A DNA stretch of 64,000 nt from IMG/VR virus record IMGVR_UViG_3300022689_000116, positions 1 to 64,000 of that record; one strand, written 5' to 3'. Numbering within the stretch: the stretch's first letter is position 1; every line of letters starts with the position of its first letter. The notes beneath the pieces were generated by a model. That model made no database searches, was not told the DNA's origin, and was given only the letters and a program-made list of their open reading frames with translations. A program made the translations under genes and the position numbers. Positions 52,290 to 60,459 of this stretch are shown here, in pieces. Source of the stretch: a virus.

Positions 52290-52656
52290 AAGCTATATTA
52301 TTTTTAATAATTGCACTCAAAGCTTTACCGGGTTTATATTTCAAATGAGTAGGATAATGACGATCAAAAGGTTTACCTTGTATATATTTAATAAAAGGTT
52401 TCTTTTTACGATCTTTCACAATGTCATTTTGAATATAACATTCAGTACATCCAACGGTACTAGCTGATTCACTATCAATTTTATAGTCTTTGTTATCAAC
52501 TGTAAGATAAGGATAATAATAGTTATTTTCCATGATATATTTTACAATACCACATACCTCAGTTTCATTATTTTTAATAACTAATTCCTTCGTAGATTTT
52601 TCTCTAAATCTACTAGGAGCTTCTTTACTTTGAGAAATACCAAATTCATTTTTCAT
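52276..52656 (-). CDS. hypothetical protein
   Basis: 126-aa packed ORF. Confidence 0.7.
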   Translation of the reverse strand: MKNEFGISQSKEAPSRFREKSTKELVIKNNETEVCGIVKYIMENNYYYPYLTVDNKDYKIDSESASTVGCTECYIQNDIVKDRKKKPFIKYIQGKPFDRHYPTHLKYKPGKALSAIIKNNIAYVTS

Positions 52657-52663
52657 AATATTA

Positions 52664-52864
52664 TTATTTTATATTTTTAAGCATATCATCAAAACTATCT
52701 TCTGTTATAGGTTCTCTTATTATTTCAGATTTATGAATTAGAACGCTATATTTATCATCGCGATAATGATTAATAAATGAAATAATTTTTATACGATGAT
52801 CTTTATTTATTTCATTAAGTTGATTAACAACTTCATCTTTTACTCCAACAACTATCTCAAACAT
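52664..52864 (-). CDS. hypothetical protein
   Basis: ATG at 52864 just after the upstream stop. Confidence 0.6.
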   Translation of the reverse strand: MFEIVVGVKDEVVNQLNEINKDHRIKIISFINHYRDDKYSVLIHKSEIIREPITEDSFDDMLKNIK

Positions 52865-52868
52865 AATT

Positions 52869-53636
52869 TTAAATTTTAAGTTTATTATACACAAAAGGAT
52901 TCTTTTTATAACTTTTAAATTCACTTAAACTCATTGAAGAAATATCATTCATTTTTTCAATCAATTCATTATAACTAAGCTTTAATTTATTATGACCATT
53001 TATAGTTAACTCAAGGTTACTATCCATAATTTCTAATTCTTCTCTAAGACCTGTTATTAGATCAACTTGAACTTTACGAATTTTATCAATATTTTCTATT
53101 TCAGCATCTTTAGCTTTAATGGTATGCTCAAGTTTATCAATTATAACTTGTTGATCATATCCATCTTTAACTACTAATTGAGCAGTTTCATTACTAATTT
53201 TTAATTCTTTTCTAAGACTAGTTATTAAATTAACTAGAACTTTATATCTTTGATCAATGATTTTTATTTCTTCTTGAAGTTTATAATTATCTTCCATATA
53301 AGTATTAATTATAGCACACTTATCATCAATAATACGTCTAAGATTATCAATAATAGCATCTTTATCATCTTCGGGATTCTCTTTTTTACCGGGAGGTTGA
53401 ACATGGATTATATCTTCATTTTTACAAGGAGTCTGAGCTTTTAGTTCCTTTAGTTTACTACGAGCTTCTTTAAGTTGTTCTTTAAACTTAAATTGTGTAT
53501 CTATAATAGTCTTTTGAGTATAAGGATTATCACCAGTAATTAAATCTCTTTCAGTTATTTTAATACACCTTTTAAGATGTGCTATTTTACTTTCAATATC
53601 ATGAATAGTAGTGTTATTTTTATTGTTTTCCATCAC
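52869..53636 (-). CDS. coiled-coil protein
   Basis: Heptad-rich, with an internal repeat LITSLRKELKI / LITGLREELEI. Confidence 0.7.
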   Translation of the reverse strand: MMENNKNNTTIHDIESKIAHLKRCIKITERDLITGDNPYTQKTIIDTQFKFKEQLKEARSKLKELKAQTPCKNEDIIHVQPPGKKENPEDDKDAIIDNLRRIIDDKCAIINTYMEDNYKLQEEIKIIDQRYKVLVNLITSLRKELKISNETAQLVVKDGYDQQVIIDKLEHTIKAKDAEIENIDKIRKVQVDLITGLREELEIMDSNLELTINGHNKLKLSYNELIEKMNDISSMSLSEFKSYKKNPFVYNKLKI

Positions 53637-54139
53637 TTCGTTTTTAAGTTGTTAATAATAGATTCTTTAATACTGTTAAATCCAGGTTTAACATTTTCAG
53701 TAGGATTAAATACTTTATCTTTAATACCTTGTTTAACAATATCAACAAATTGTTCTAAAGTTATTGTTTTAAGATAATCAGATTGATCACCAATACTAAA
53801 AGTCTCAACTTCACCTTCTTTATTGTCAACTACCATAGCATAAATAAGATTAGCTTTAACACCTTTATCAACTACAAAAATATACTGTTCAAGAGTTTTA
53901 CCCTTAGAGTAAATGATAATATGATCATAACGAGTATTACCATCAAGACCATCTTCTTCTTGATAATATTCTTCACTGTCCAAACTATCTATTTCACCAA
54001 GTTGTAATCTACACACACTATTGAGTGGTATTTTAACTTGTTTACAAATATTTGTAGCAAGATTACCAGGACTAAAAGGTATAATTAATTTATTAGCTTC
54101 TTTGTCAATAGTAGTAATATTAATAATTTTTGCTTTCAT
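53633..54139 (-). CDS. hypothetical protein
   Basis: 168-aa ORF overlapping the next start. Confidence 0.7.
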   Translation of the reverse strand: MKAKIINITTIDKEANKLIIPFSPGNLATNICKQVKIPLNSVCRLQLGEIDSLDSEEYYQEEDGLDGNTRYDHIIIYSKGKTLEQYIFVVDKGVKANLIYAMVVDNKEGEVETFSIGDQSDYLKTITLEQFVDIVKQGIKDKVFNPTENVKPGFNSIKESIINNLKTK

Positions 54140-54182
54140 AATATTATTTGATTAATTGTTATTATTATTTTCAAAAAGTTCA

Positions 54183-54443
54183 TTACATATAAGCTTTTAA
54201 ATGTTCATTATTAGTATCAACTTCTTTAGCTAATCTAAGAAGCTCATCTTTGGCTATAAATAGATTACCAGCAGCATGGACAGCATTACTCATTACATCT
54301 GACCACTTATAAACTGAAATAAATACACTACCATAACTATTTACTTCTATGGCAACATAATATTTATTAGATGTCATAGCTCGATCTATATCTTCCTTTT
54401 GAAGATTATCGAGAACTTCTTTTAAATTATTTTCTGTTATCAT
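54183..54443 (-). CDS. hypothetical protein
   Basis: 86-aa ORF. Confidence 0.7.
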   Translation of the reverse strand: MITENNLKEVLDNLQKEDIDRAMTSNKYYVAIEVNSYGSVFISVYKWSDVMSNAVHAAGNLFIAKDELLRLAKEVDTNNEHLKAYM

Positions 54444-54483
54444 AATATTATTTATTATTTAGTTCATAATTATTAATAATAGT

Positions 54484-54901
54484 TTAAATATAATTAGCTT
54501 TATCTTTATAAGTTTTAAGTAATTCTTCATAATCATTAATAATAGTTTCAATATAATTAGCTCTAGCCTCATAAGCTTTAAGTAATTTTTTAGGAGTTTT
54601 AGCATCACGTATGTCATCGTATGTATGATGAAACAAGCAGTAATTATCATCAATGTAATCATAATCACTATTATTAAAATGATTATGAATACAACTATCA
54701 CAATTTACATTAACAGCTATACACAATTTACAATTACGAGAATTACCAAATCCTGTTAGATCATCAAGGACATAATTGGTTATTTTTTTATCAAAAACTA
54801 ACATATTCATATCATAAATTGACATAATTATATCACTATGTGTTACTTCACGATATCTTTCAACCAAACTTTTCGCTTCTTTAAGATTTTTTTATTTCCA
54901 T
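54484..54901 (-). pseudogene. Cys-rich paralog of 51562-51921 with an apparent one-base insertion in an A7 tract near the start
   Basis: ATG GAA ATA AAA AAA TCT TAA; removing one A gives MEIKNLKEAKSLVERYR, matching paralog MVENLEEAKKLVKLYR. Confidence 0.6.
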
Positions 54902-55119
54902 AATATTAATTTTTATTGTTTGAGAATCGTTAAGACCTAAACCTTCATTACGAAGATCAACTAAACTAAGAGTTTAATTTGCACAATAAAAAAAAAGATA
55001 TAATACTGTTGGATATAAGAGGGCAAACTATAGTATTAATACAACTATCAGATTTGCCCTCTTTTCTATTTAAATCATTCTATTTAAATTATTCTAGTAT
55101 ATTGATTAGTTATACTATT

Positions 55120-55431
55120 TTAAGGTGGATGTCTACTACTATCCGAATTAAAAGACTTAACAATAGCTACCCTAATTTGTAGAGTAACTTGTTCTGGATG
55201 ATCGTCATCATCCTCATCATCAAGAAAATCTTCATCACATTTATAATCATAAAAATTATCATAATTATTAATGTAACTATCGAAACTAGTATCATATTCT
55301 TCTTGAACGGTATCATCAATAACCATCAAATCTTTTTCAACTATTTCATTAATAGGTTTATCAATAGCTTTCATAAGACTAAGAAAAACAAAACCTCCAC
55401 CAACATATTCGAGATAATTAAAGTTATCCAT
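55120..55431 (-). CDS. small highly acidic protein
   Basis: DDTVQEEYDTSFDSY..YDNFYDYKCDEDFLDDEDDDD. Confidence 0.6.
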   Translation of the reverse strand: MDNFNYLEYVGGGFVFLSLMKAIDKPINEIVEKDLMVIDDTVQEEYDTSFDSYINNYDNFYDYKCDEDFLDDEDDDDHPEQVTLQIRVAIVKSFNSDSSRHPP

Positions 55432-55451
55432 AATTGTTGGTTTAAATTAGT

Positions 55452-55700
55452 TTAGTTAATTATTTTAACATCTTTAAGATAAATACCCCATTCAATACTA
55501 ATTTTATGCCACACCATACTATCCCAGTAAAAAGGTGCATAAACATATTTAGAAGGATCTTTTTCTTTAAGAAATTTATTAAGAGAAAGCCTGTTATAAT
55601 GACCATTGTAATAATTAATCACGTATTTACCAGCGACACCATGTTTTCTAAGAAGATCAAAGAAATCACGTTTAACTTGAAGTTTAGTTTTAACTTGCAT
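55452..55700 (-). CDS. hypothetical protein; tandem paralog of 55704-55964
   Basis: Shared F..[FL]L...Y...FL....P..Y....F.W...W.....EW pattern. Confidence 0.7.
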   Translation of the reverse strand: MQVKTKLQVKRDFFDLLRKHGVAGKYVINYYNGHYNRLSLNKFLKEKDPSKYVYAPFYWDSMVWHKISIEWGIYLKDVKIIN

Positions 55701-55703
55701 AAC

Positions 55704-55964
55704 TTAACTATTAGATTTAATATTATTTAACGTATGTATTCTTTTAACCCATTCATTATGTAAATTCACCCATATACGAGCATCATATTGCCAAGCGAAA
55801 CCATCAGTAATATATCTATCAGGTGCAACCTTGTTAAGAAAACGATCAAAAGACTCAATAGTAGTATTAATACTACCTTTAGATGAATTATCTCTTGCAA
55901 ATGTTAAAATGTATAACATTAAAACATCTTGTTCAATAAGGAAATTTAAAAATTGTTTTTTCAT
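55704..55964 (-). CDS. hypothetical protein; tandem paralog of 55452-55700
   Basis: Same aromatic pattern. Confidence 0.7.
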   Translation of the reverse strand: MKKQFLNFLIEQDVLMLYILTFARDNSSKGSINTTIESFDRFLNKVAPDRYITDGFAWQYDARIWVNLHNEWVKRIHTLNNIKSNS

Positions 55965-56599
55965 TGGTTGTTTATTTTAATTAATAATAGTAATTCTATT
56001 TAAAACAATCCTGCCTAAAGCATTAATTATAATATCTCCAATACAGGTATGTTTTATAAGGACTGCTTACGTCAAACATACTATACTATAATTATTTCCA
56101 GCAGGATTGTTAAAATTATGATTTATCATACAGTAATATTTCATCTTATAAAAGACTACTTTACAGGTTTCAAAATCATAATTAATATTGTTTTTATCAT
56201 TATCATTTCTATTGTTCTAATCATTTGTATAATTAGAATGTATTGTGAAATCAAATATAAATAACTTATCGGAATAAACCAAACCTTAATGCTATTAATG
56301 ATGTAAACGGGTGTCAATAGCGGTAAAAAAAGGGAGTTGTAAGGTTAATAATGGACTATTTTAATGAGTTTGGATATGATTATTGTTGGAGAATGTTTAT
56401 GATGAAGGTTATTTACTTTATAAGTATGAGGATAACGAGAGATGTTGGGATTAATGATAGTAGAGAGAGCGAGGGAATCACCCGCTCGTTCTCTACTACT
56501 AACACCAATTCACAACCAACAAAACTAACATTAATCTAAGACTAACATCATTACGTCTTATAGCATTAATCTAAGAGTACAACCCTAAGACTTATACTA

Positions 56600-56806
56600 T
56601 TAAGACTTTCGTTTTTTATACTTTTTTTCTCCAACATGAAATTCATTGTTAATCATATTAAGAGAATAAGTTGTAATAACAATTACATCATTCTCATAAT
56701 TCTCAACAAAAGCAATATTACATGTATTAACACCTTTCCAACATTTAACTGGATTAGTCTTACCATCTAACATAGCAATCTCACATAAAACATTAAAATC
56801 ATCCAT
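56600..56806 (-). CDS. hypothetical protein
   Basis: 68-aa ORF with AT-rich leader. Confidence 0.55.
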   Translation of the reverse strand: MDDFNVLCEIAMLDGKTNPVKCWKGVNTCNIAFVENYENDVIVITTYSLNMINNEFHVGEKKYKKRKS

Positions 56807-56867
56807 TTCATTATTATTTATATTAATACTCGAATAACTTCTGAACTAAAACTATAATCAATATTAT

Positions 56868-56909
56868 AAAAAAAGCAATAGCTCCAGATTTAACTCCAGA
56901 ACTATTGCT
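56868..56909 (-). terminator. intrinsic terminator
   Basis: AGCAATAG...CTATTGCT stem followed by a T run on the - strand. Confidence 0.7.
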
Positions 56910-56921
56910 AATGTTATCCAA

Positions 56922-57122
56922 TCAAGATTTAATCTTATTGACCACCATAACGAAAAACGCTATTGCTGTTAAGCAAACTACTAATAGTACACTTACTATT
57001 TGTAACTGATGTAAAACTAAACCACTTGAAACCCCTTTCACCAGGATAACATTTATTATTATGAACGTAAACGTTATTATTAACGTTAATACTAATTTCA
57101 AAATACTTCTAAACTCTTTCAT
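56922..57122 (-). CDS. small two-TM membrane protein
   Basis: Two hydrophobic helices; followed by a terminator. Confidence 0.65.
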   Translation of the reverse strand: MKEFRSILKLVLTLIITFTFIIINVILVKGVSSGLVLHQLQIVSVLLVVCLTAIAFFVMVVNKIKS

Positions 57123-57223
57123 AATATTAATTATTGGTTAACCTAAATCATTATGATTTAACGCACGACTTTCACGCCTTAATAACCTATAATTATTTGA
57201 ACTAAGAACATTATTAAACATAT

Positions 57224-57256
57224 AAAAAAGGTAGCACCATTACTGATACTACCTTT
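57224..57256 (-). terminator. intrinsic terminator with GNRA loop
   Basis: - strand AAAGGTAGTATCA-GTAA-TGGTGCTACCTTT followed by TTT. Confidence 0.8.
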
Positions 57257-57261
57257 ATTAT

Positions 57262-57765
57262 TTATTCTTTTTCTCCTGTGTTACGCTGTTTATCTTCAGT
57301 TTCTTCAAATCCCAAAATATAAACAGTAACTTCACTGCCAAAAACTTCTTTCTTAAAACTAGCAATCTCTCCAGCTTCATTTTTAGCAGGTAAAAAAACA
57401 AGATGTTTATCATCTATTTCAATACCCATTTCTTCAACCAATTTACGAGTAGTAGTACAGATATTACCATCTGTAAATTCATTAGTTTTAGAAATTTTTG
57501 AGCTTTTTGGATATTCAATTTCACCTTCTTCATTTTCAACAGCAACAGAAGCAAAAATACCAATAAAAACATTTTCTTCCTCTTCGTCATAAACAGGTGC
57601 AACCCCATAAGAAATATGCTCATTAGCACCTAACAATTTCTTTAAATTGTCGCTAATTTTCATTCGATTATTTGCACTTAAAAAACGCAAACTTTCACGA
57701 GTATCAACATTACTCGTTTTCTTTCCAGTACTTTGTACAGCAAACATTTTTGAATAATCTTTCAT
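57262..57765 (-). CDS. hypothetical protein; paralog of 42776-43387
   Basis: MFAVQSTGKK..NRMKISDNLKKLLG; ATG at 57765 (or 57777) preferred to the TTG start in the track. Confidence 0.75.
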   Translation of the reverse strand: MKDYSKMFAVQSTGKKTSNVDTRESLRFLSANNRMKISDNLKKLLGANEHISYGVAPVYDEEEENVFIGIFASVAVENEEGEIEYPKSSKISKTNEFTDGNICTTTRKLVEEMGIEIDDKHLVFLPAKNEAGEIASFKKEVFGSEVTVYILGFEETEDKQRNTGEKE

Positions 57766-58291
57766 AACTTTAATCATTTTAATTAATATTAGTAATAAAA
57801 TTGTAAATTCCACGCACAAAAATATCTATTTGAATAGTACTATTTTTTGTATGGGGATACTTAATACTTATAACTAAGCAGTTGTTTTTTGATCAGGTGG
57901 TTCACTCCCGCACTCATATACATCATTTTTCCCGTTTGCCCTATCTCGTCTACTCCCATCTACTCTACCTCTCGCTCTCCTTCACACTCTATCTCCAGTC
58001 CTATTACAAAAACTATAATACTTCCAAATCATTATTAAAATGAAATCCTTTAACAAAACTATCAACACGTATATAATAAAAAAAGGGTACGGGGTTATTA
58101 AAATCACTATAAGAAGCCCGGGTATAAATATGGAAACTATTAGAGAAAAGAAACCCCTAATAACATTTCTATCATTAGGGGAATCTCATGGAAAACAAAC
58201 ACCAAGTAATCAACCAGAAAAAGAAGCAGGAAAAGAAGCAGAAAAAGTAATACGAGTTACAGTAATATGAGTAATAAAATCCTCGCCAGTA

Positions 58292-58654
58292 TTATTTTTT
58301 TAAATCGCCCATTACACCACGTTTGACACGATCATAAACTCTATCTTCACAAGCATTTATAAATTCATTCAAACCATTTATCATACGTTCATTAAATTCA
58401 GAAGGGAAAATGGTAGGAAAATCCCAACATAAATCTTTATTAATATCACTCTTTCTAGGAATACTTGTTTTCCACATATCACCATGTCCATCAAGCATCA
58501 CTTTAAGATTAACACAAGCATCTTCAGTATCTCTCCACACATTAACAATTACAGCAGGTAATTCATCAACTACATTACAATGATTAATTCTCATATAATT
58601 TTTATCATCATCTGTAGTAGTGTAAATAACAATTCTTCCAATAGTAGGTTTCAT
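58292..58654 (-). CDS. conserved phage hypothetical protein
   Basis: KPTIGRIV.Y..PAVIVNVW..VNLKV..DG..W.TS pattern. Confidence 0.75.
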   Translation of the reverse strand: MKPTIGRIVIYTTTDDDKNYMRINHCNVVDELPAVIVNVWRDTEDACVNLKVMLDGHGDMWKTSIPRKSDINKDLCWDFPTIFPSEFNERMINGLNEFINACEDRVYDRVKRGVMGDLKK

Positions 58655-58759
58655 AATTTTAAATTTTAATTTGTTTATAATTGATTTTATAACTTGTTTA
58701 AGTATTGTAACTAATTGTACGATTTCCCTGTAGATTAGAAGGATATGAAACGGTTTTGA

Positions 58760-58939
58760 TTAACTGTTATTAACACTAACTAAATCACCAACTTTCACAT
58801 ATTTATAATCATGTTGTATAATAGTTCCATCTTCTTTTAAAATAACAGCATTAAGATTATCATTAAAATTAACAAAACTATGAAGGTAGCCATTATTAGC
58901 TTCACCTTGTTTATAATAAATTACTTTAAGCATTTTCAT
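58760..58939 (-). CDS. small hypothetical protein
   Basis: ATG right after the upstream stop. Confidence 0.55.
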   Translation of the reverse strand: MKMLKVIYYKQGEANNGYLHSFVNFNDNLNAVILKEDGTIIQHDYKYVKVGDLVSVNNS

Positions 58940-58940
58940 A

Positions 58941-59123
58941 TTAATAAATAATAGAAGTTTTAGAAGATTGATAATGTGTAGTATAAGTATTATCAAGAAT
59001 ATCTATAAAACTATCCATGAGTGGTTTGGAATCTCCTTTTTTACAGGGAAATTGAACAATACGTTCAACACGTTTATTAGTAGTATTACGTTTTGATTTA
59101 ATAATATTAAAAGAACCTTTCAT
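58941..59123 (-). CDS. small hypothetical protein
   Basis: 60-aa packed ORF. Confidence 0.5.
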   Translation of the reverse strand: MKGSFNIIKSKRNTTNKRVERIVQFPCKKGDSKPLMDSFIDILDNTYTTHYQSSKTSIIY

Positions 59124-59127
59124 ATTG

Positions 59128-59289
59128 TTATATTGTTATATTATTTATCAATATATAGTCTTTGGAAAAATTATCAGGATGTATAGGATAAAGATCATTT
59201 GGAGAAAACTTATAATGATTATTTATAAATTTATTATTTTCACTAGGTTTATCACTAAGTTTAAAACTATTGATACTTTTGTTAAACAT
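59128..59289 (-). CDS. small hypothetical protein
   Basis: First ORF downstream of the putative - strand promoter. Confidence 0.45.
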   Translation of the reverse strand: MFNKSINSFKLSDKPSENNKFINNHYKFSPNDLYPIHPDNFSKDYILINNITI

Positions 59290-59366
59290 TGTGTTAAATA
59301 TTGATAAAATCATTATGATCTTTATTTTGTGCGTCCGTCACTCCTTAATAGTTGTTATAAGAGAGT

Positions 59367-59397
59367 ACAATATACGGCAATTTTTTAAATTTCCAAA
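59367..59397 (-). promoter_or_regulatory. putative Bacteroidota sigma70-type promoter (leftward)
   Basis: - strand TTTG-N19-TATATTGT. Confidence 0.45.
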
Positions 59398-59729
59398 TTT
59401 TTTATCACTTTTTTATCACTTTTTTTTTATGAATTATATAATTATTAATTTTAATATTTTAATCATCAATTTTACACTATTTATACTCTTTGACTATGAG
59501 GATTTTTTCGTTTTGTACTAGTAGAATAATTAATGGTTGAAACATTTGTTTAAGTAACTCTACGAGCCACTCCCAAATTTTTGGTTTATCATTATCGTTA
59601 TAATTATTAAAAGGTTTTATAGTAACAATGTGTCAATTAACGTTTTTAACACTATTGTTTATTATATAGTTTAAAAATATTACAACTTTAAATTATTTTT
59701 ACTAATAATTGCATTTTATTGACTAATTA

Positions 59730-59761
59730 TTTGGATAAGTTAAACTATCACTATATATTTA
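59730..59761 (+). promoter_or_regulatory. putative Bacteroidota sigma70-type promoter (rightward)
   Basis: TTTG-N20-TATATTTA, about 55 nt before the ATG at 59815. Confidence 0.5.
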
Positions 59762-59814
59762 TTCCATCGAAACCAAACAAGTGTTTAACAAATAATGTAA
59801 ATAAAGTTGATGTT

Positions 59815-60459
59815 ATGGAAAACAAGAAAATTGAAGTTGATTTAACCAAAGTTAGAGATCATAATCCAGCAGGTGATAATCTTTATCAAGAATTATTTAA
59901 AGTATTGGATGTTGATAAAGCAGTAAGTAACCTTAATACTAAAGGTAAAGAAATTTTTGATAAAACAAAAGATGGTAATAGACCTGCTAAAACAACCATT
60001 AATTATTTACCTTCTGCTTTCGCTGTTATACTTGAAGGTGTTGGTTATTGTAAGATACTTGATCTTATCCATCAGGACCCAAAACAAGTTTTTAAGAATG
60101 TACAGTTTATATTTAGAATTGCTGCTTATGGTAGTAGTACTAATCCTATTTATAATATTGGAGATTTAATTGATATTCGTAGTACTGATGCTGTTTCTTA
60201 TAGACCTATGTTTTATAATAAGAATAGTATTTTAAAATGGCAAAACTATTTTAGAAATAATAAAGAATTAGTTAGAGCTAGTGCTATTAGTGATAAAAAT
60301 AGGTTTCATGGTAAAGTTATTCTTCCTGGTGATATTGAACCAAAAGGTGATATTGGAGCAAAAGGTGATAAAAAGTTATTTACTGGTCAAGAAACTGTTG
60401 AAGTTACAGAATATTTTCTAACCGAAGATCATAACATATTTGGAGTATATGGAATATAA
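59815..60459 (+). CDS. hypothetical protein
   Basis: First ORF of the rightward operon; ATG at 59815 preferred. Confidence 0.75.
   Translation: MENKKIEVDLTKVRDHNPAGDNLYQELFKVLDVDKAVSNLNTKGKEIFDKTKDGNRPAKTTINYLPSAFAVILEGVGYCKILDLIHQDPKQVFKNVQFIFRIAAYGSSTNPIYNIGDLIDIRSTDAVSYRPMFYNKNSILKWQNYFRNNKELVRASAISDKNRFHGKVILPGDIEPKGDIGAKGDKKLFTGQETVEVTEYFLTEDHNIFGVYGI

Noticed and set aside
56049-56539. + strand ORFs 56049-56264 and 56351-56539
   Set aside because: They are opposite to the local gene direction, low complexity and coincide with structured DNA.
58040-58270. 76-aa + strand ORF with EKEA repeats
   Set aside because: Isolated orientation, and it spans the G-boxes, hairpin and 12-bp repeats; coding status is unsupported though not excluded.
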